Source of the DNA: an uncultured Chloroflexia bacterium
GTDB lineage: Bacteria > Chloroflexota > Limnocylindria > Limnocylindrales > CSP1-4
DNA length: 64,000 nucleotides
Reading direction: 5' to 3'
NCBI GenBank assembly: GCA_963734535.1
Contig: CAVTHS010000008.1
Span: forward strand, 416,001 to 480,000
Shown: positions 47,632-59,072 of the stretch, one piece after another
How positions within the stretch are numbered: the stretch's first letter is position 1
How the letters are laid out: every line of letters begins with the position of its first letter
Program-made: the position numbers and the translations under genes
The notes under the pieces: generated by a model
Seen by the model: only the letters and a program-made list of their open reading frames with translations
The model's database searches: none
Told to the model about the DNA's origin: nothing

Positions 47632-49114
47632 CTACCCCGGCGCTGCCCGTCGCAGCGCGATCGCGCGCTGGAAGAGGGCCGCGTACAGCGGCGCCGACGA
47701 CGACTCCCAGGCCCAGTCGACCGCCATCCCGCGGGCGACGAGCGCGCTCCACGGTCCCCGGTCGGCCGCCGTGAAGACCCGGAGCGCCCGGTCCACCGCG
47801 GCGATCAGCGCCTCTGGCGTGGCCTGGTCGAAGAGGAACCCGGTGCCGGCCGCCGGATCGATGCCGAGGTCGACGATCGTGTCGGCAAGGCCGCCGGTGC
47901 GATGGGCGATCGGCGGCGTGCCGTAGCGCATCGCGATCATCTGGCCCTGCCCGCAGGGCTCGAATCGCGACGGCATCAGGAACAGGTCCGCGCCCGCGTA
48001 GATCCGTCGCGAGAGCTCACGGTCGAAGCGCTCGACGATGGCGATCCGGCCGGGCGATCGGATCGCCTCGCCACGAAGCCCGTCGAGCAGCGTCGCGTCG
48101 CCGCTGCCGAGCACCACCAGCCGCGCACCGCGCGCCACGAGCCGCCGCGCCGCACCGGCCACCAGGTCGAAGCCCTTCTGCGGGTCCAGGCGGCCGATGA
48201 CGCCGAGGACGGCCGACGGGTCGGCAGGATCGAGGCCGACGCGGGCGAGCAGGTCCGCCCGGCAGGCCGCCTTTCCGGCCAGGCTCGCCGCGTCGTACGG
48301 CGTCGCGAGCGCCGCATCCGTGGCCGGGTCCCAGACCTCCTGGTCGAGGCCGTTGAGGATCCCGGTGAACCGGTCGCCGCGCGCCACGAGATCGCCGTCG
48401 AGGCCCATCCCGAAGGCCGGGAGGAGGACCTCGCGGGCATAGGTCGGGCTCACCGTGTTGACGGTCTCGGCCCGCCGGATCCCCTCGCCCAGGAGGTCGA
48501 TCCCCCACGCGTCGCCGACCGTCGCGCCCGCCGCCCCCAGGCCGAGCTGGTCGACCCGATCGCGGGGCGTCCACCCGTGATAGGCGAGGTTGTGGATCGT
48601 CAGCGAGACCGCCGCACGACCGACGACCGGGTCGTCGGCGTACTGCACGTCGCGCAGGAGCGCGACCGGGCAGGCATGCCAGTCATGGATCGCGATGACG
48701 TCCACCGGGCGTCGCTCGGCGCGCCGCGTCTCGAGGGCGGCGCGTCCCAGGAGGGCGAAGCGCCGGGCGTTGTCCGGGAAGTCGCCCGAGGCGTCGCCGT
48801 AGAAACCGGCCCGATCGTAGGCGGCCGGGTGGTCGACCAGCCGCAGGCGATACCCGTTCGCGTCGAAGGAGCGGATCGTCACGTCGCTCGTGCCGCCGGG
48901 CGCCAGTGGATCGGGCACCCGGACCTCCAGGTCGTCGACCGCGGCCGACGGCGGCACCTGCGACGCTTCGATAGCGCGGCAGGAAGACCTCGACCGGGCC
49001 GTCGACGGCGCCCGGGATCCGTCCCAGCGCCCGCGCAAGGGCGTCCACGACGTCGCCGAGGCCGCCGGTCTTGGCCCACGGCTCGCATTCGGCGGCGACG
49101 AAGATCACGCGCAT
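47632..49114 (-). CDS. glgA: Glycogen synthase; frameshift near 48970
   Basis: [41 protein letters not shown]. Confidence 0.93.
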
Positions 49115-49200
49115 GGTGGGCGATGGTAGCCCGGCAGACGCGCGCGCGCCACTAAACCGGTTCACGACCCTGCGGCCCCTCCGGTATCATCGCGGCCCAT

Positions 49201-51410
49201 ATGGTCCCGCTCGTCCGCGTCCCCACCCAGCCCGGCCCCCCGTTCCGGGTCCCTCCCCAGTTCGACGGCCTGCGCACGCTCGCCTACAACCTGTGGTGGA
49301 TGTGGCATCCCCGTGCCGCGATGCTCTTCAGCCGGCTGGAGCCGAACGCGTGGTCGCGCTACCGGAACCCGGTGGCCCTCCTCCAGACCGCGATCAACTG
49401 GAGAGCCGCTCGTCGAGGATCCGGTCTTCATCACCGAGTACCACGACGTGATGGCGGCGTTCGAGCACTACCTGGCGAACGGGGCGGATCACTGGTTCAA
49501 CCGCCGCCATGCGGGCCAGCTGACGGGGCCGATCGCCTACTTCTGCGCCGAGTACGGCTTCCACGAGTCGCTGGGCATCTACTCCGGCGGGCTCGGCGTC
49601 CTCGCCGGCGACCACATGAAGTCGGCCAGCGACATGGCGCTGCCGCTGGTGGGCGTGGGGCTCCTCTACCGCAAGGGCTACTTCCGCCAGACGATCGACG
49701 CGGACGGCCACCAGGAGCACGAGTACCCCGACTTCGACCTGGGGCGCCTCCCCTTCCTGCGGGTGCTCGACCCGATGGGCGACCCGCTGTCGGTCCCGGT
49801 CGAGCTGCCCGGCCGGGTGGTCTCCGCCGCTGTCTGGCTGCTCCAGGTGGGCCGCGTCCCGGTCCTCCTGCTCGACACGGACCACTCGGGCAACGACGAT
49901 GCGGATCGCCCGATCACCCACATCCTGTACGTCCGCGGGCGCGAGATGCGGCTGCACCAGGAGCTGGTCCTGGGCGTTGGCGGCGTCCGCGCGCTTCGGT
50001 CGCTCGGCCTGGCGCCGGGCGTCTGGCACCTGAACGAGGGCCACTCCGCGTTCCTGCTCGTGGAGCGGGTCCGCGAGCTCGTCGCGGCCGGGATGCCGCT
50101 CGCGGACGCCTGGGCCGCCGTGCGCCGGTCGAGCGTCTTCACGATCCACACGCCGGTCTCGGCCGGCAACGAGCGCTTCGACGCGGGCCTGGTCCGGCGT
50201 CTCGCCGGGCCCGTTCTGCGAGGGGGACGGCGCGCCGGGCGGCGGCGTGCCGCTCGACGAGATCCTCCGCCTCGGCCTCGGCGTGGACGGCGACGCCGGG
50301 CAGTTCGACATGACCGCCTTCAGCCTCCGCCTCTCGAACGGGGCGAACGCCGTCTCCCGGCTCCACGCGGAGACCGCCAACGACACGTGGGAGCCGATCC
50401 TGGGCACGCGGGCGATCCTGGGGATCACGAACGGCATCCACACGCCGACCTGGGTGGGTCGCGCAACGCGCGAGCTGTTCGAGCGCCACCTCGACGCCGA
50501 CCTGGACGACCTGGACGGCCAGACCGACGCGGCGCACTTCTGGGAGCGCGTCGGGCGCGTCCCCGACCGCGACCTCTGGGATGCGCACCAGTACCAGAAG
50601 CTGGAGCTGGCCGTCTTCGGCCGGCAGCGGCTCCGATCGCAGCTTGCACGGCACGGCGAGTCCCCGGCGACGCTCCTCGAGCTCGACAGCGCGCTGGACC
50701 CGGCCATCCTCACGATCGGGTTCGCCCGCCGGTTCGCCACCTACAAGCGGGCACAGCTCCTGTTCACCGACATGGAGCGCCTCCGCCGCCTGGTCTGGAG
50801 CGCGGACCGACCGGTCCAGTTCGTGTTCGCCGGGAAGGCACACCCGGCAGACCGGCCGGGGCAGCAGGTCATCCAGGCGATCTTCGAGCGGAGCCGCTCC
50901 GCGGAGCTGCGCGGGCGCGTCTTCGTCCTCGAGGACTACAGCATGCGGGTCGCGAAGCTCCTCGTGCGCGGCGTCGACGTCTGGCTGAACAACCCGCGCC
51001 GCCCGCTGGAAGCGTCGGGGACCTCGGGCATGAAGGCCGCCGCGAACGGCATCGTCAACCTGTCCGTGCTCGACGGGTGGTGGGACGAGGGCTGGACCGG
51101 CGACAACGGCTGGGCAATCGGCGGCCGCGTCACGAACCCCGACGAGGGTGCCCAGGACTGGGCCGACGCGCTGGACCTCTACCGCATCCTCGAGGACGAG
51201 GTCGTGCCCCGCTACTACGAACGGACCGCTGCGGGGCTCCCGCGCGAGTGGCTGGCGCTCATGAAGCGGTCCATGGCCACCACCATCTGGCGGTTCTCCA
51301 CGACGCGCATGCTGCACGAGTACGCGGAGCAGCTCTACCTGCCGGCCGCCGGGGTCGACCTCTCCGGGCCGACGGCGAGCAGGCGGCAGCTGGTCACCGA
51401 GGCGGGCTGA
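49201..51410 (+). CDS. glgP: Alpha-glucan phosphorylase; frameshifts near 49400 and 50215
   Basis: YSGGLGVLAGDH, HLNEGH, FARRFATYKR, EASGTSGMK. Confidence 0.93.
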
Positions 51411-51459
51411 GCTGCCCGCCGATCGTCGGAGGTTCGGGCCGACAGGCACAGGAGGACTC

Positions 51460-53653
51460 GTGGCGCCGCGGATCTCGCTGGCACTCGCGCTGCACAACCA
51501 CCAGCCGGTGGGCAACTTCGGATGGGTCTTCGGCGACGTCTACGATGCCGCCTACCGGCCCATGCTCGACGCGCTGGACCGCCACCCGGGCGTCCGCCTG
51601 GCCCTCCACTACACCGGCCCCCTGCTCGACTGGTTCAGCGACGAGCGCCCGGAGTTCATCGAGCGCCTCGCCGGGATCGTCGCCCGCGGACAGGTGGAGC
51701 TCCTCGGGGGCGGCTACTACGAACCCGTCCTGGCCTCGCTCCCGGAGCGCGACCGCGTCGGGCAGCTGCACAAGATGGCGGACGAGATCCAGCGGATCAC
51801 CGGACGCCGGCCACGCGGCGCGTGGCTCGCCGAACGCGTCTGGGAGCCGGACCTGCCGACCGCCCTGGTCGAGGGCGGCTATGGCTGGACCATCCTGGAC
51901 GACAACCACTTCCGGGCCGCCGCGATCCCGGAGGAGAAGCTCTGGGGCCCCTACACGACCGACGACCAGGGCAGCATCCTGACCGTCTTCGGGACGGAGA
52001 AGGGGCTCCGGTACCGGATCCCGTTCGGGGACGTCGACGACGTCATCGGCTACCTCCGCGAGCATGCCACCGAGGCGGGCGACCGGGTCGGGATGATGGG
52101 CGACGACGGCGAGAAGTTCGGGTCGTGGCCCACGACATGGGATCACTGCTGGGGCACCAATCGCTGGGTCGACCGGTTCTTCGAGGCGCTCGAGGCGAAC
52201 GCGGGCTGGCTCACCACCACGACCCCGTCCGATTGGCTGGACCGGAACCTGCCCATCGGCCGCGTGTACATCCCCACGGCCTCGTACGCGGAGATGGGCG
52301 AGTGGTCGCTGCCGCCCGGCGAGAGCCGCGTCTTCACCTCCCTCCTGCACGCGGCCGAGGCGGCCGGACGGCCCGAGGCCCGGTACCTGCGGGGCGGGTT
52401 CTGGCGCAACTTCCAGATCAAGTACCGCGAGGTCAACGACCTCCACAAGCAGATGCTGCGCACGTCCGCGAAGGTCGACGAGATGCCGCCCGGCCCGGCC
52501 CGCTCCGCGGCCCTGGACCACCTCTTCCAGGGCCAGTCGAACAACTGCTACTGGCATGGCCTGTTCGGCGGGATCTACATCAGCCACATGCGCCTCGCCA
52601 CGTACGAGCACCTGATCGCGGCGGAGGACGCCGCCGACCGCGCGGCTCGCACCGCGGGCGCGACGCCCGGCCCGGATGGCGTCGTGGCGGCCGACGTCGA
52701 CCTCGACGGGATCGACGAGCTGGTCCTGTCGACCCCGGGTCAGGTCGTGGTCGTGAAACCATCGGAAGGGGCCGGGATCGGGAGCTGGGACGTGCGCGCC
52801 GTGCGCCACGCGCTCGGCGCGGTGCTCCGCCGGCGGCCGGAGGCATCCCACGAGACGCTCGTCCAGCACGAACGGGCGCTCGCCGCGCAGGAGGGCGGGA
52901 CCGGCGCCGGTGCGGGCGTCGGCTCGATCCACGACCGCGTCGCCACCAAGGAATCCGGGCTCGCTGGTCTGCTCAGCTACGACCGCTACGAGCGCCGCTC
53001 CGGCCTGGTCCACGTGCTCCCGGCGGGGACCACGCCCGAGGCGTTCGCGCGGGCGGAGGTCGACGAGCTCGCCGACGTCGTCGACGAGCCCTACCGGGTG
53101 CTGGAGACACGGGCCACGAGCGGCGGCGGCCACGTCCGCCTGGAGCGCCACGGATCGGCCCTGATGGCGGCCGGCCCGGTGCCCATCCGCGTCGAGAAGC
53201 GCATCGAGGTCGGGGGCGACCGCCGCGGCCCGACGCTCACCCTGGACGTGACGCTCGAGAACCTTGGCATCGCGCCGGTACGCGGCCTCCTCGCGGTCGA
53301 GTGGGTCGCCACGATGCTCGGCGGCGGGTCGAACCCGGCCGCCTACTACGTCCTCGACGGCGAGCGCATCGCCCACGACCGCGCGGACCGCCGCGCCGGC
53401 GCTCGCGACGCTCCATTCGGGCAACGACTACGTGGGCCTCGACGTCGCGACCACCGCCACGCCCCCGACGGATGCCTGGATCTCGCCGATCGAGACCGTC
53501 TCGAACTCGGAGGCCGGCTTCGAGCGCGTCTACCAGGGTTCGGCGCTGGTCCTCACGTGGCCGCTCGACCTGGCGCCCGGCGCGCGCATGTCCGTCCGCG
53601 TGGAGCACGTCGTCTCCACCAGCCGCGACCGAGCCGAGGAGGAAGGGCTCTAG
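51460..53653 (+). CDS. GH57 alpha-amylase / 4-alpha-glucanotransferase; frameshift near 53400
   Basis: HNHQP, WLAERVW, DDGEKFG, YWHGLFGG; SNSEAGFERVYQGS in the shifted frame. Confidence 0.9.
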
Positions 53654-53682
53654 GCGCTGCGCGCCCGCCGGCCCCACGTCCC

Positions 53683-55126
53683 ATGACACGAGGTCGCCTC
53701 GCGATCCACGGGCACTTCTACCAGCCGGAGCGGCGCGACCCCTTCACGGGCCGGCTCCCGGACGACCCGGCCGCGGCGCCGTTCGCGAACTGGACGGCTC
53801 GCGTCACGGCGGAGTGCTACCGGCCCAACGCCGAGCGCGGGAACCTGGACCGGATCAGCTTCGACGTGGGGCCCACGCTGACATCCTGGCTGGCGGCCGA
53901 GGAGCCCGCGACGCTCGCCCGCATCGTCGCGGCGGACCACGCCCAGAACGCCGTGGCGCAGGGCTTCCACCACGCGATCCTCCCGCTCGCGTCGGCGCGG
54001 GATCGCGCCACGGAGATCCGCTGGGGGCTGCGCGACTTCGCGCTCCGTTTCGGCCGCCCGGCGCGCGTCATGTGGCTGCCCGAGACCGCCGTCGACCTGC
54101 CCGACGCTGCGGGAGATGGCCCGCCAGGGCGTCCACGCCACGATCCTCGCGCCGTGGCAGGCGTCGACGCCCGGCCTGGAAACGCGGCGCCCGCACCGCG
54201 TCGAGCTCGGTGGCGGCCTCGAGATGCTCGTCGCGTTCTACGACGGGCCGCTGTCCGGGGCGGTCTCGTTCCAGCCCGAGGTCACCGCCGACGCCGATCG
54301 GTTCGCCCGGGACCACGTCCTGCCGGCCCTCGCGGCGCCCCTCCACCGCGATGGGTCCCACCGGCGCGAGCCCGGTGCACCGCTCGTCCTGGTCGCCACC
54401 GACGGCGAGCTCTACGGCCATCATCAGCGCTGGCGCGACCTGTTCCTCGCCCGTCTCACGAACCCGGAGGAGGATCGCGGCTTCGACGTCGTGTCGCTCG
54501 GCGCGGCCCTCGCCGCCGAGGACCCGGCGACCCTCCCGCTGGCGCGGATCGCCGATCGGACGTCCTGGAGCTGCCACCACGGGGTGCTGCGCTGGTCGGG
54601 CGAGTGCCCCTGCGCCACGGACGGTCGGTGGAAGGGGCCGCTCCGGGCGGCGCTGGATCGCCTGGCCGCGGGCGTGGACGCGCTCACCGAGCTGCTGGCC
54701 GGGGAGCTCCGCGGCCGCGGAGAGGTCCCCCGCGAGCGGGTCCCGCTGGATCCGTGGGAGGCCCGGGACGCCTACGTGGACGTCGTGACCGGCGCCGTGG
54801 CGCCTGCGGAGTTCGCGGCTGCGCGGCTCGCGCCGAGGTCCGCCGACGACGCCGGCCCACGGCTCCTCGACCTGATGGAGGCGCAGCGCTGGCGGCTCGC
54901 GATGTTCGCCTCGGATGGCTGGTACTGGGACGACCCGGCCCGTCCGGAGACGAAGCACGTCCTGCGCTGCGCGGCCCGGGCGGCGCGGATGCTGGACCGG
55001 CTGGCCGGCTCGCATCTCGAGCGCCGGCTCGAGGAGGACCTCGCGCTGTTCGTCTCCCCGTCACGCGGGATCGACGGCCACGGCCTCTACCGGGAGGCCC
55101 TCGCCGACGTCGGCCGGCCCGGCTGA
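53683..55126 (+). CDS. DUF3536-type GH57 glycoside hydrolase; frameshift near 54100
   Basis: HGHFYQPER, ECYRPN, WLPETAVD, ATDGELYGHH, SWSCHHGV, MFASDGWYW. Confidence 0.88.
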
Positions 55127-55233
55127 CCGGCATGAATCGATGAACCGCCGGCCGGGGGCCGACGGTTCATCGTGCTCGGTCTGGCGAGGAGTGGGGAGGG
55201 AGGGGAGCCTCGCCGAGCGGGAACGCGCGAAGG

Positions 55234-55365
55234 TCAGTGAGCGCCGTGGAGCGGCGCGTGGGAGTCCTCGATATCGAAGCGGGAGTCGACGCCGACCTCG
55301 ACCGCAGTGGCGTCGAGCACCGCGAGACCGACCAGGACGGCAAGGATGAGAAGCAGGAACTCCAT
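55234..55365 (-). CDS. 43-aa single-TM small protein
   Basis: MEFLLLILAVLVGLAVLDATAVEVGVDSRFDIEDSHAPLHGAH*, GAGG RBS; not in the ORF track. Confidence 0.7.
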   Translation of the reverse strand: MEFLLLILAVLVGLAVLDATAVEVGVDSRFDIEDSHAPLHGAH

Positions 55366-55410
55366 CGGATTCGTGGCCTCGTACCCGCGGCCCCGTGGCC
55401 GCGAATTGAT

Positions 55411-55447
55411 ATAGTCAACTAAGACATGTGCAGCATAGTTGGACTAT
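55411..55447. promoter_or_regulatory. Two palindromic operators, probably for GntR
   Basis: ATAGT-CA-ACTA (55411) and ATAGT-TGG-ACTAT (55435) in an AT-rich gap between divergent genes. Confidence 0.65.
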
Positions 55448-55570
55448 CGGGCTATGTCAATGGGTGAGACGTCCCGGAGTGTCCATCGCCCGCGGTGGCG
55501 CGACGATCCGTCGGTCGGCCGCGATGCGCGGCACCCGGCGGCCGCGGCGGCCCCCGGGACCGTGACGGGC

Positions 55571-56575
55571 ATGGCGTCGGCCGCGGCAGGCGGCGCCCTC
55601 GACATCTCCCGCGACTCCGACGTTCCGATCTCCACCCAGCTCTACTGGCAGCTTGCCTACCAGATCGACACCGACCGGCTCCATCCCGGATCCCGCCTGC
55701 CCACCGTGCGCGAGCTCGGCGCGATCCTCCACGTGAACCCGAACACGGTCCGCGCCGTCTACAAGCGGCTCGCAGAGGCCGGCTATGTTGTCTCGCGCCA
55801 GGGGGCCGGCACCCGGGTGACGGCCCGGGCTTCCCAGCGCCGAACCTCGGGCGCCCTCGAGGGCCTCGTCGCCGAGCTGCTCCGCTCGGCCGCGCGGTCG
55901 GGCTACTCCGCGGACGAGGTCGCATCGGCCGTCTACGCGGTGGCGGCCGCGCGGAAACGGCCCGGTCCTCGCGTCCAGATCCTGTTCGTGGAATGCACGG
56001 CCGCCGACGCGCAGCGGGCGGCCGAGCGGATCGCCGACACGTTCGAGGGTCTCGCGGATGCGGACGGTGTCCTGATCGACCGGGTCGACGAGCGGCTTGG
56101 ACGCTTCCATTACGACCTGGTGGCCACGTCGACGTTCCACGCGGACGAGGCGATTGCCCTCGTGGACGGACGCGCCCCGGTCATCGCGATGCTGGCCGCG
56201 CCGTCGTACGCGGAGCTCCTCGACGAGGTCCGCGCGCTCCCCCGGGGAAGCACGGTCGGGCTGGTTTGTGCGACCGAGCGGAGCACCCAGAACATCGCGC
56301 AGTGGCTCCACGAGTCGGGCACCGAGGGCGTCGAGCTGCTGACCGCGCTCCAGGGTGACGAGACCGCGCTGGACCGGGCCGACAGGACCGCCGACCTCCT
56401 GCTCCTGACCCGCGAGGCGCTCGAGATCGGCCTGGCGGCCCGGTTCGGGCGCCACGACCGGATCCGCGAGTGGACCTACGACCTGGATGCGGCGGGCCTG
56501 GAGCTGCTCCGGCGCGCGGTCGAGCGCATCCGAGCGGCCCGCGGCCCGGAGGTCGCGACAGCGTCGCGCGCCTGA
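55571..56575 (+). CDS. GntR (YtrA-like) regulator with extended C-terminal domain
   Basis: LPTVRELGAILHVNPNTVRAVYKRL...RQGAGTRV. Confidence 0.9.
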   Translation: MASAAAGGALDISRDSDVPISTQLYWQLAYQIDTDRLHPGSRLPTVRELGAILHVNPNTVRAVYKRLAEAGYVVSRQGAGTRVTARASQRRTSGALEGLVAELLRSAARSGYSADEVASAVYAVAAARKRPGPRVQILFVECTAADAQRAAERIADTFEGLADADGVLIDRVDERLGRFHYDLVATSTFHADEAIALVDGRAPVIAMLAAPSYAELLDEVRALPRGSTVGLVCATERSTQNIAQWLHESGTEGVELLTALQGDETALDRADRTADLLLLTREALEIGLAARFGRHDRIREWTYDLDAAGLELLRRAVERIRAARGPEVATASRA

Positions 56576-56591
56576 GTGGCGACGGTCCCTC

Positions 56592-58346
56592 TCAGCCCAG
56601 CAGGATCCGGCGGAGGGCAGGGATCGGCGGCGTTCCGTGCGCCAGGACCGCAGCGAGATGCTCCCGGTACGTGAAGCCTGGCGTCGACGCATAGCCGCCG
56701 ACGACGCGCGGCGCGGGAACGGCGGCGGTTCCTCGGGGGTCGCCGGAGGCGGCGGCGAACCGGCGGCGCCGCTCGTTCTCGAGGTCCCACATCGCCACCG
56801 ACCCCACGAAGTACTCGGAGAGCTGCGTCGACGAGAGCCGCGCGCGCTCGTACTTCGCGACCGCCGCGGCGCGCTCCTGGAAGCCGCCTTCGACCATGAG
56901 CCCGACGGCCTCCTCCTCGGTCATCCCGCGGGCGTGGACCCCGACGTCGATGAGCGCGTTCGTGATCGTCCGCAGGTAGAACTTCCAGTGCGTCAGGAGG
57001 AGGCCGGGATCGTCGGCGCCGTAGCCCAGGTCCATCATCACCTGTGTCACGTAGACGGCCCAGCCCTCTGCGAACACGCCCGAAGCGAATGCGGCACGGA
57101 CCAGTGACGGCGACCGGTTCGCGTGGGCCAGCTGGAGGTAGTGGCCCGGCACCGCTTCGTGGATCGTGAGGAGCCGGAGCATCCGGTCGTTGTCCTCGCG
57201 CAGGGACGACTCCACTTGCTCCGGCGTCCAGTCGGCGGGCATCGGGGTCACGAAGAAGAAGCTGCCCAGGCCGCGGTCCAGCGGCCCCGGGGAGAGCAGC
57301 ATCGCCCCCGCGAACGACCGCAGGAAGGGCGGCGTCCACTCGATCGCCAGCGGATCGGCGGGAAGGTCCACCACGTCGTGCTCGCGGCAGAAGGCCTCGA
57401 TCCGGGCGAGCTCCGAGCGGCAGAAGTCGAGCAGTCGGTCCGGCGGCTGGTGCAGGACGGCGACGTGGTCGAGCATCGCCCGGACCACCCCGGCATCGTC
57501 GTCCGGGCCGGCCTCGGCACCCCGGACCGCGGACCACATCGCTCGTGCGATCCGGACCATCTCGGCGCGCACGACCTCGAACTCGCGCCTGGCGCGTTCC
57601 TCCAGCTCGTCCGGCGTCATCTCGATCCGCAGCGTGTGGCGGAGCTTCGCCGCGTAGAGGTCCGGGCCAAGCCGGCCCTCGCCGTCCGCCGCCGGCCCCA
57701 CGACGTCCAGCAGGTGCCGCCTGAGGCGCTCGAGCGCGTCGCGGGCTGCCGGGATTCCCGATTCGAGGCGCGCCCGCACGCCCGACAGCTCGCCGTCCCG
57801 GTCGGCGACCGTGGCGGCGGCGAGCGCTGCATCGAGCAGGTCGGCCGTTCCCGGCAGGTCGCGCAGCGCGATCTCGAGATGGAGCCTCGATACGGGGCGG
57901 CCGGGCAGGCCCGTGAGCCGGGCGGACGCGGCGGCGAGGAGGTGCGGGATCCCCTCGATTCGGCCGGCGGCCGCGGCAAGCCGCACCCCCAGCGGGGCGT
58001 ATTCGCGGGCCAGGAGCGTGTGCAACCCGGACCCGAGCAGGTAGACCGTCGAGAGCGGATCCCAGGCTTCCTCGCAGAGGACGGATTCCGAGAAACGCAG
58101 GGCCGCCAGCTCGCCGAGGACGATCTCCCGGTCGATCGATTGGTCCGGTCGAAGCTCCGCCTCCGGGAGCGCGGCGAACGCCTCCGACCAGCGGTCGATC
58201 AGCGCGATGCGGGCGGCCGTGCCCGACGGGGACAGGTCCGGCCACTCCCCGTCGTGGTCGTGATTGCCGAGGGCCGTGGCCAGGACCGGGTAGGCCCGGA
58301 ACAGGTCCGCAAAGAACGGCGGGACGAGGTCGCGGTAGGTGGACAC
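56592..58346 (-). CDS. DUF885 family protein (metallopeptidase-like)
   Basis: HEAVPGHYLQ, FAEGWAVY, QLSEYFVG. Confidence 0.9.
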   Translation of the reverse strand: MSTYRDLVPPFFADLFRAYPVLATALGNHDHDGEWPDLSPSGTAARIALIDRWSEAFAALPEAELRPDQSIDREIVLGELAALRFSESVLCEEAWDPLSTVYLLGSGLHTLLAREYAPLGVRLAAAAGRIEGIPHLLAAASARLTGLPGRPVSRLHLEIALRDLPGTADLLDAALAAATVADRDGELSGVRARLESGIPAARDALERLRRHLLDVVGPAADGEGRLGPDLYAAKLRHTLRIEMTPDELEERARREFEVVRAEMVRIARAMWSAVRGAEAGPDDDAGVVRAMLDHVAVLHQPPDRLLDFCRSELARIEAFCREHDVVDLPADPLAIEWTPPFLRSFAGAMLLSPGPLDRGLGSFFFVTPMPADWTPEQVESSLREDNDRMLRLLTIHEAVPGHYLQLAHANRSPSLVRAAFASGVFAEGWAVYVTQVMMDLGYGADDPGLLLTHWKFYLRTITNALIDVGVHARGMTEEEAVGLMVEGGFQERAAAVAKYERARLSSTQLSEYFVGSVAMWDLENERRRRFAAASGDPRGTAAVPAPRVVGGYASTPGFTYREHLAAVLAHGTPPIPALRRILLG

Positions 58347-58466
58347 GCTTGCTCCGCTGGAGAGGGCCGCGGCTGCGGGACGTGAGTCTAGAACCGCGCC
58401 CAACCGCCTGCCGGGCGCAGGAGACTCCGGGCAGGCGAGCGATGTGCCCCGGTAGACTTCCCGGCG

Positions 58467-59072
58467 ATGGTTGACGTCGCCGCCTGGACCCACAGCCCCG
58501 TGCTCGAGGGCGAGCGGGTCCGCCTGGAGCCGCTCCACGCGCGCCACGTCCCGGGCCTCCTCGAGGCGGCCGCCGACCCCGCGACGTGGACGTGGCTCTT
58601 CGGGCGGCTCGACGACGAGGCTGCCCTTCGGGCGTGGCTGGCCGACGCGTTTCGCGCACGGGACGCCGGCACGGAGATCCCGTTCGCGACCCTCGACGCG
58701 AAGACGGGCCGCGTGGTGGGGAGCACCCGGTACCTGGCGATCGTGCCGGCCCACCGGCGCATGGAGATCGGCTGGACGTGGCTCGCTCCGGCGACCTGGG
58801 GAACCGGGATCAACGTCGAGGCGAAGCTGCTCCTGCTGGCGCATGCCTTCGACGAGCTGGGTGCGATGCGGGTCGAGCTCAAGACCGACGCCCGGAACGA
58901 GCGATCACGGGCGGCCATCCTGGCCCTCGGCGCCCAGTTCGAGGGCGTCTTCCGCAAGCACATGCGGATGCCCGACGGCCGGATCCGCGACTCGGCCTGG
59001 TACGCGATCACGGACGACGACTGGCCCTCGGTGCGAACGCGGCTCGAGGCCCGGCTGGCGGCATCGAGATGA
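58467..59072 (+). CDS. RimJ/RimL-type GNAT N-acetyltransferase
   Basis: EIGWTWL, NVEAKLLLL, NERSRAAI. Confidence 0.9.
   Translation: MVDVAAWTHSPVLEGERVRLEPLHARHVPGLLEAAADPATWTWLFGRLDDEAALRAWLADAFRARDAGTEIPFATLDAKTGRVVGSTRYLAIVPAHRRMEIGWTWLAPATWGTGINVEAKLLLLAHAFDELGAMRVELKTDARNERSRAAILALGAQFEGVFRKHMRMPDGRIRDSAWYAITDDDWPSVRTRLEARLAASR

Noticed and set aside
47632-55126. Programmed frameshifting or phase variation in glycogen genes
   Set aside because: No slippery heptamers or long homopolymers seen at the breaks; sequencing error is simpler
51460-55143. 1227-aa GH57-GH57 fusion in the ORF track
   Set aside because: Caused by frameshifts; the first gene ends at 53653 and the second starts at 53683
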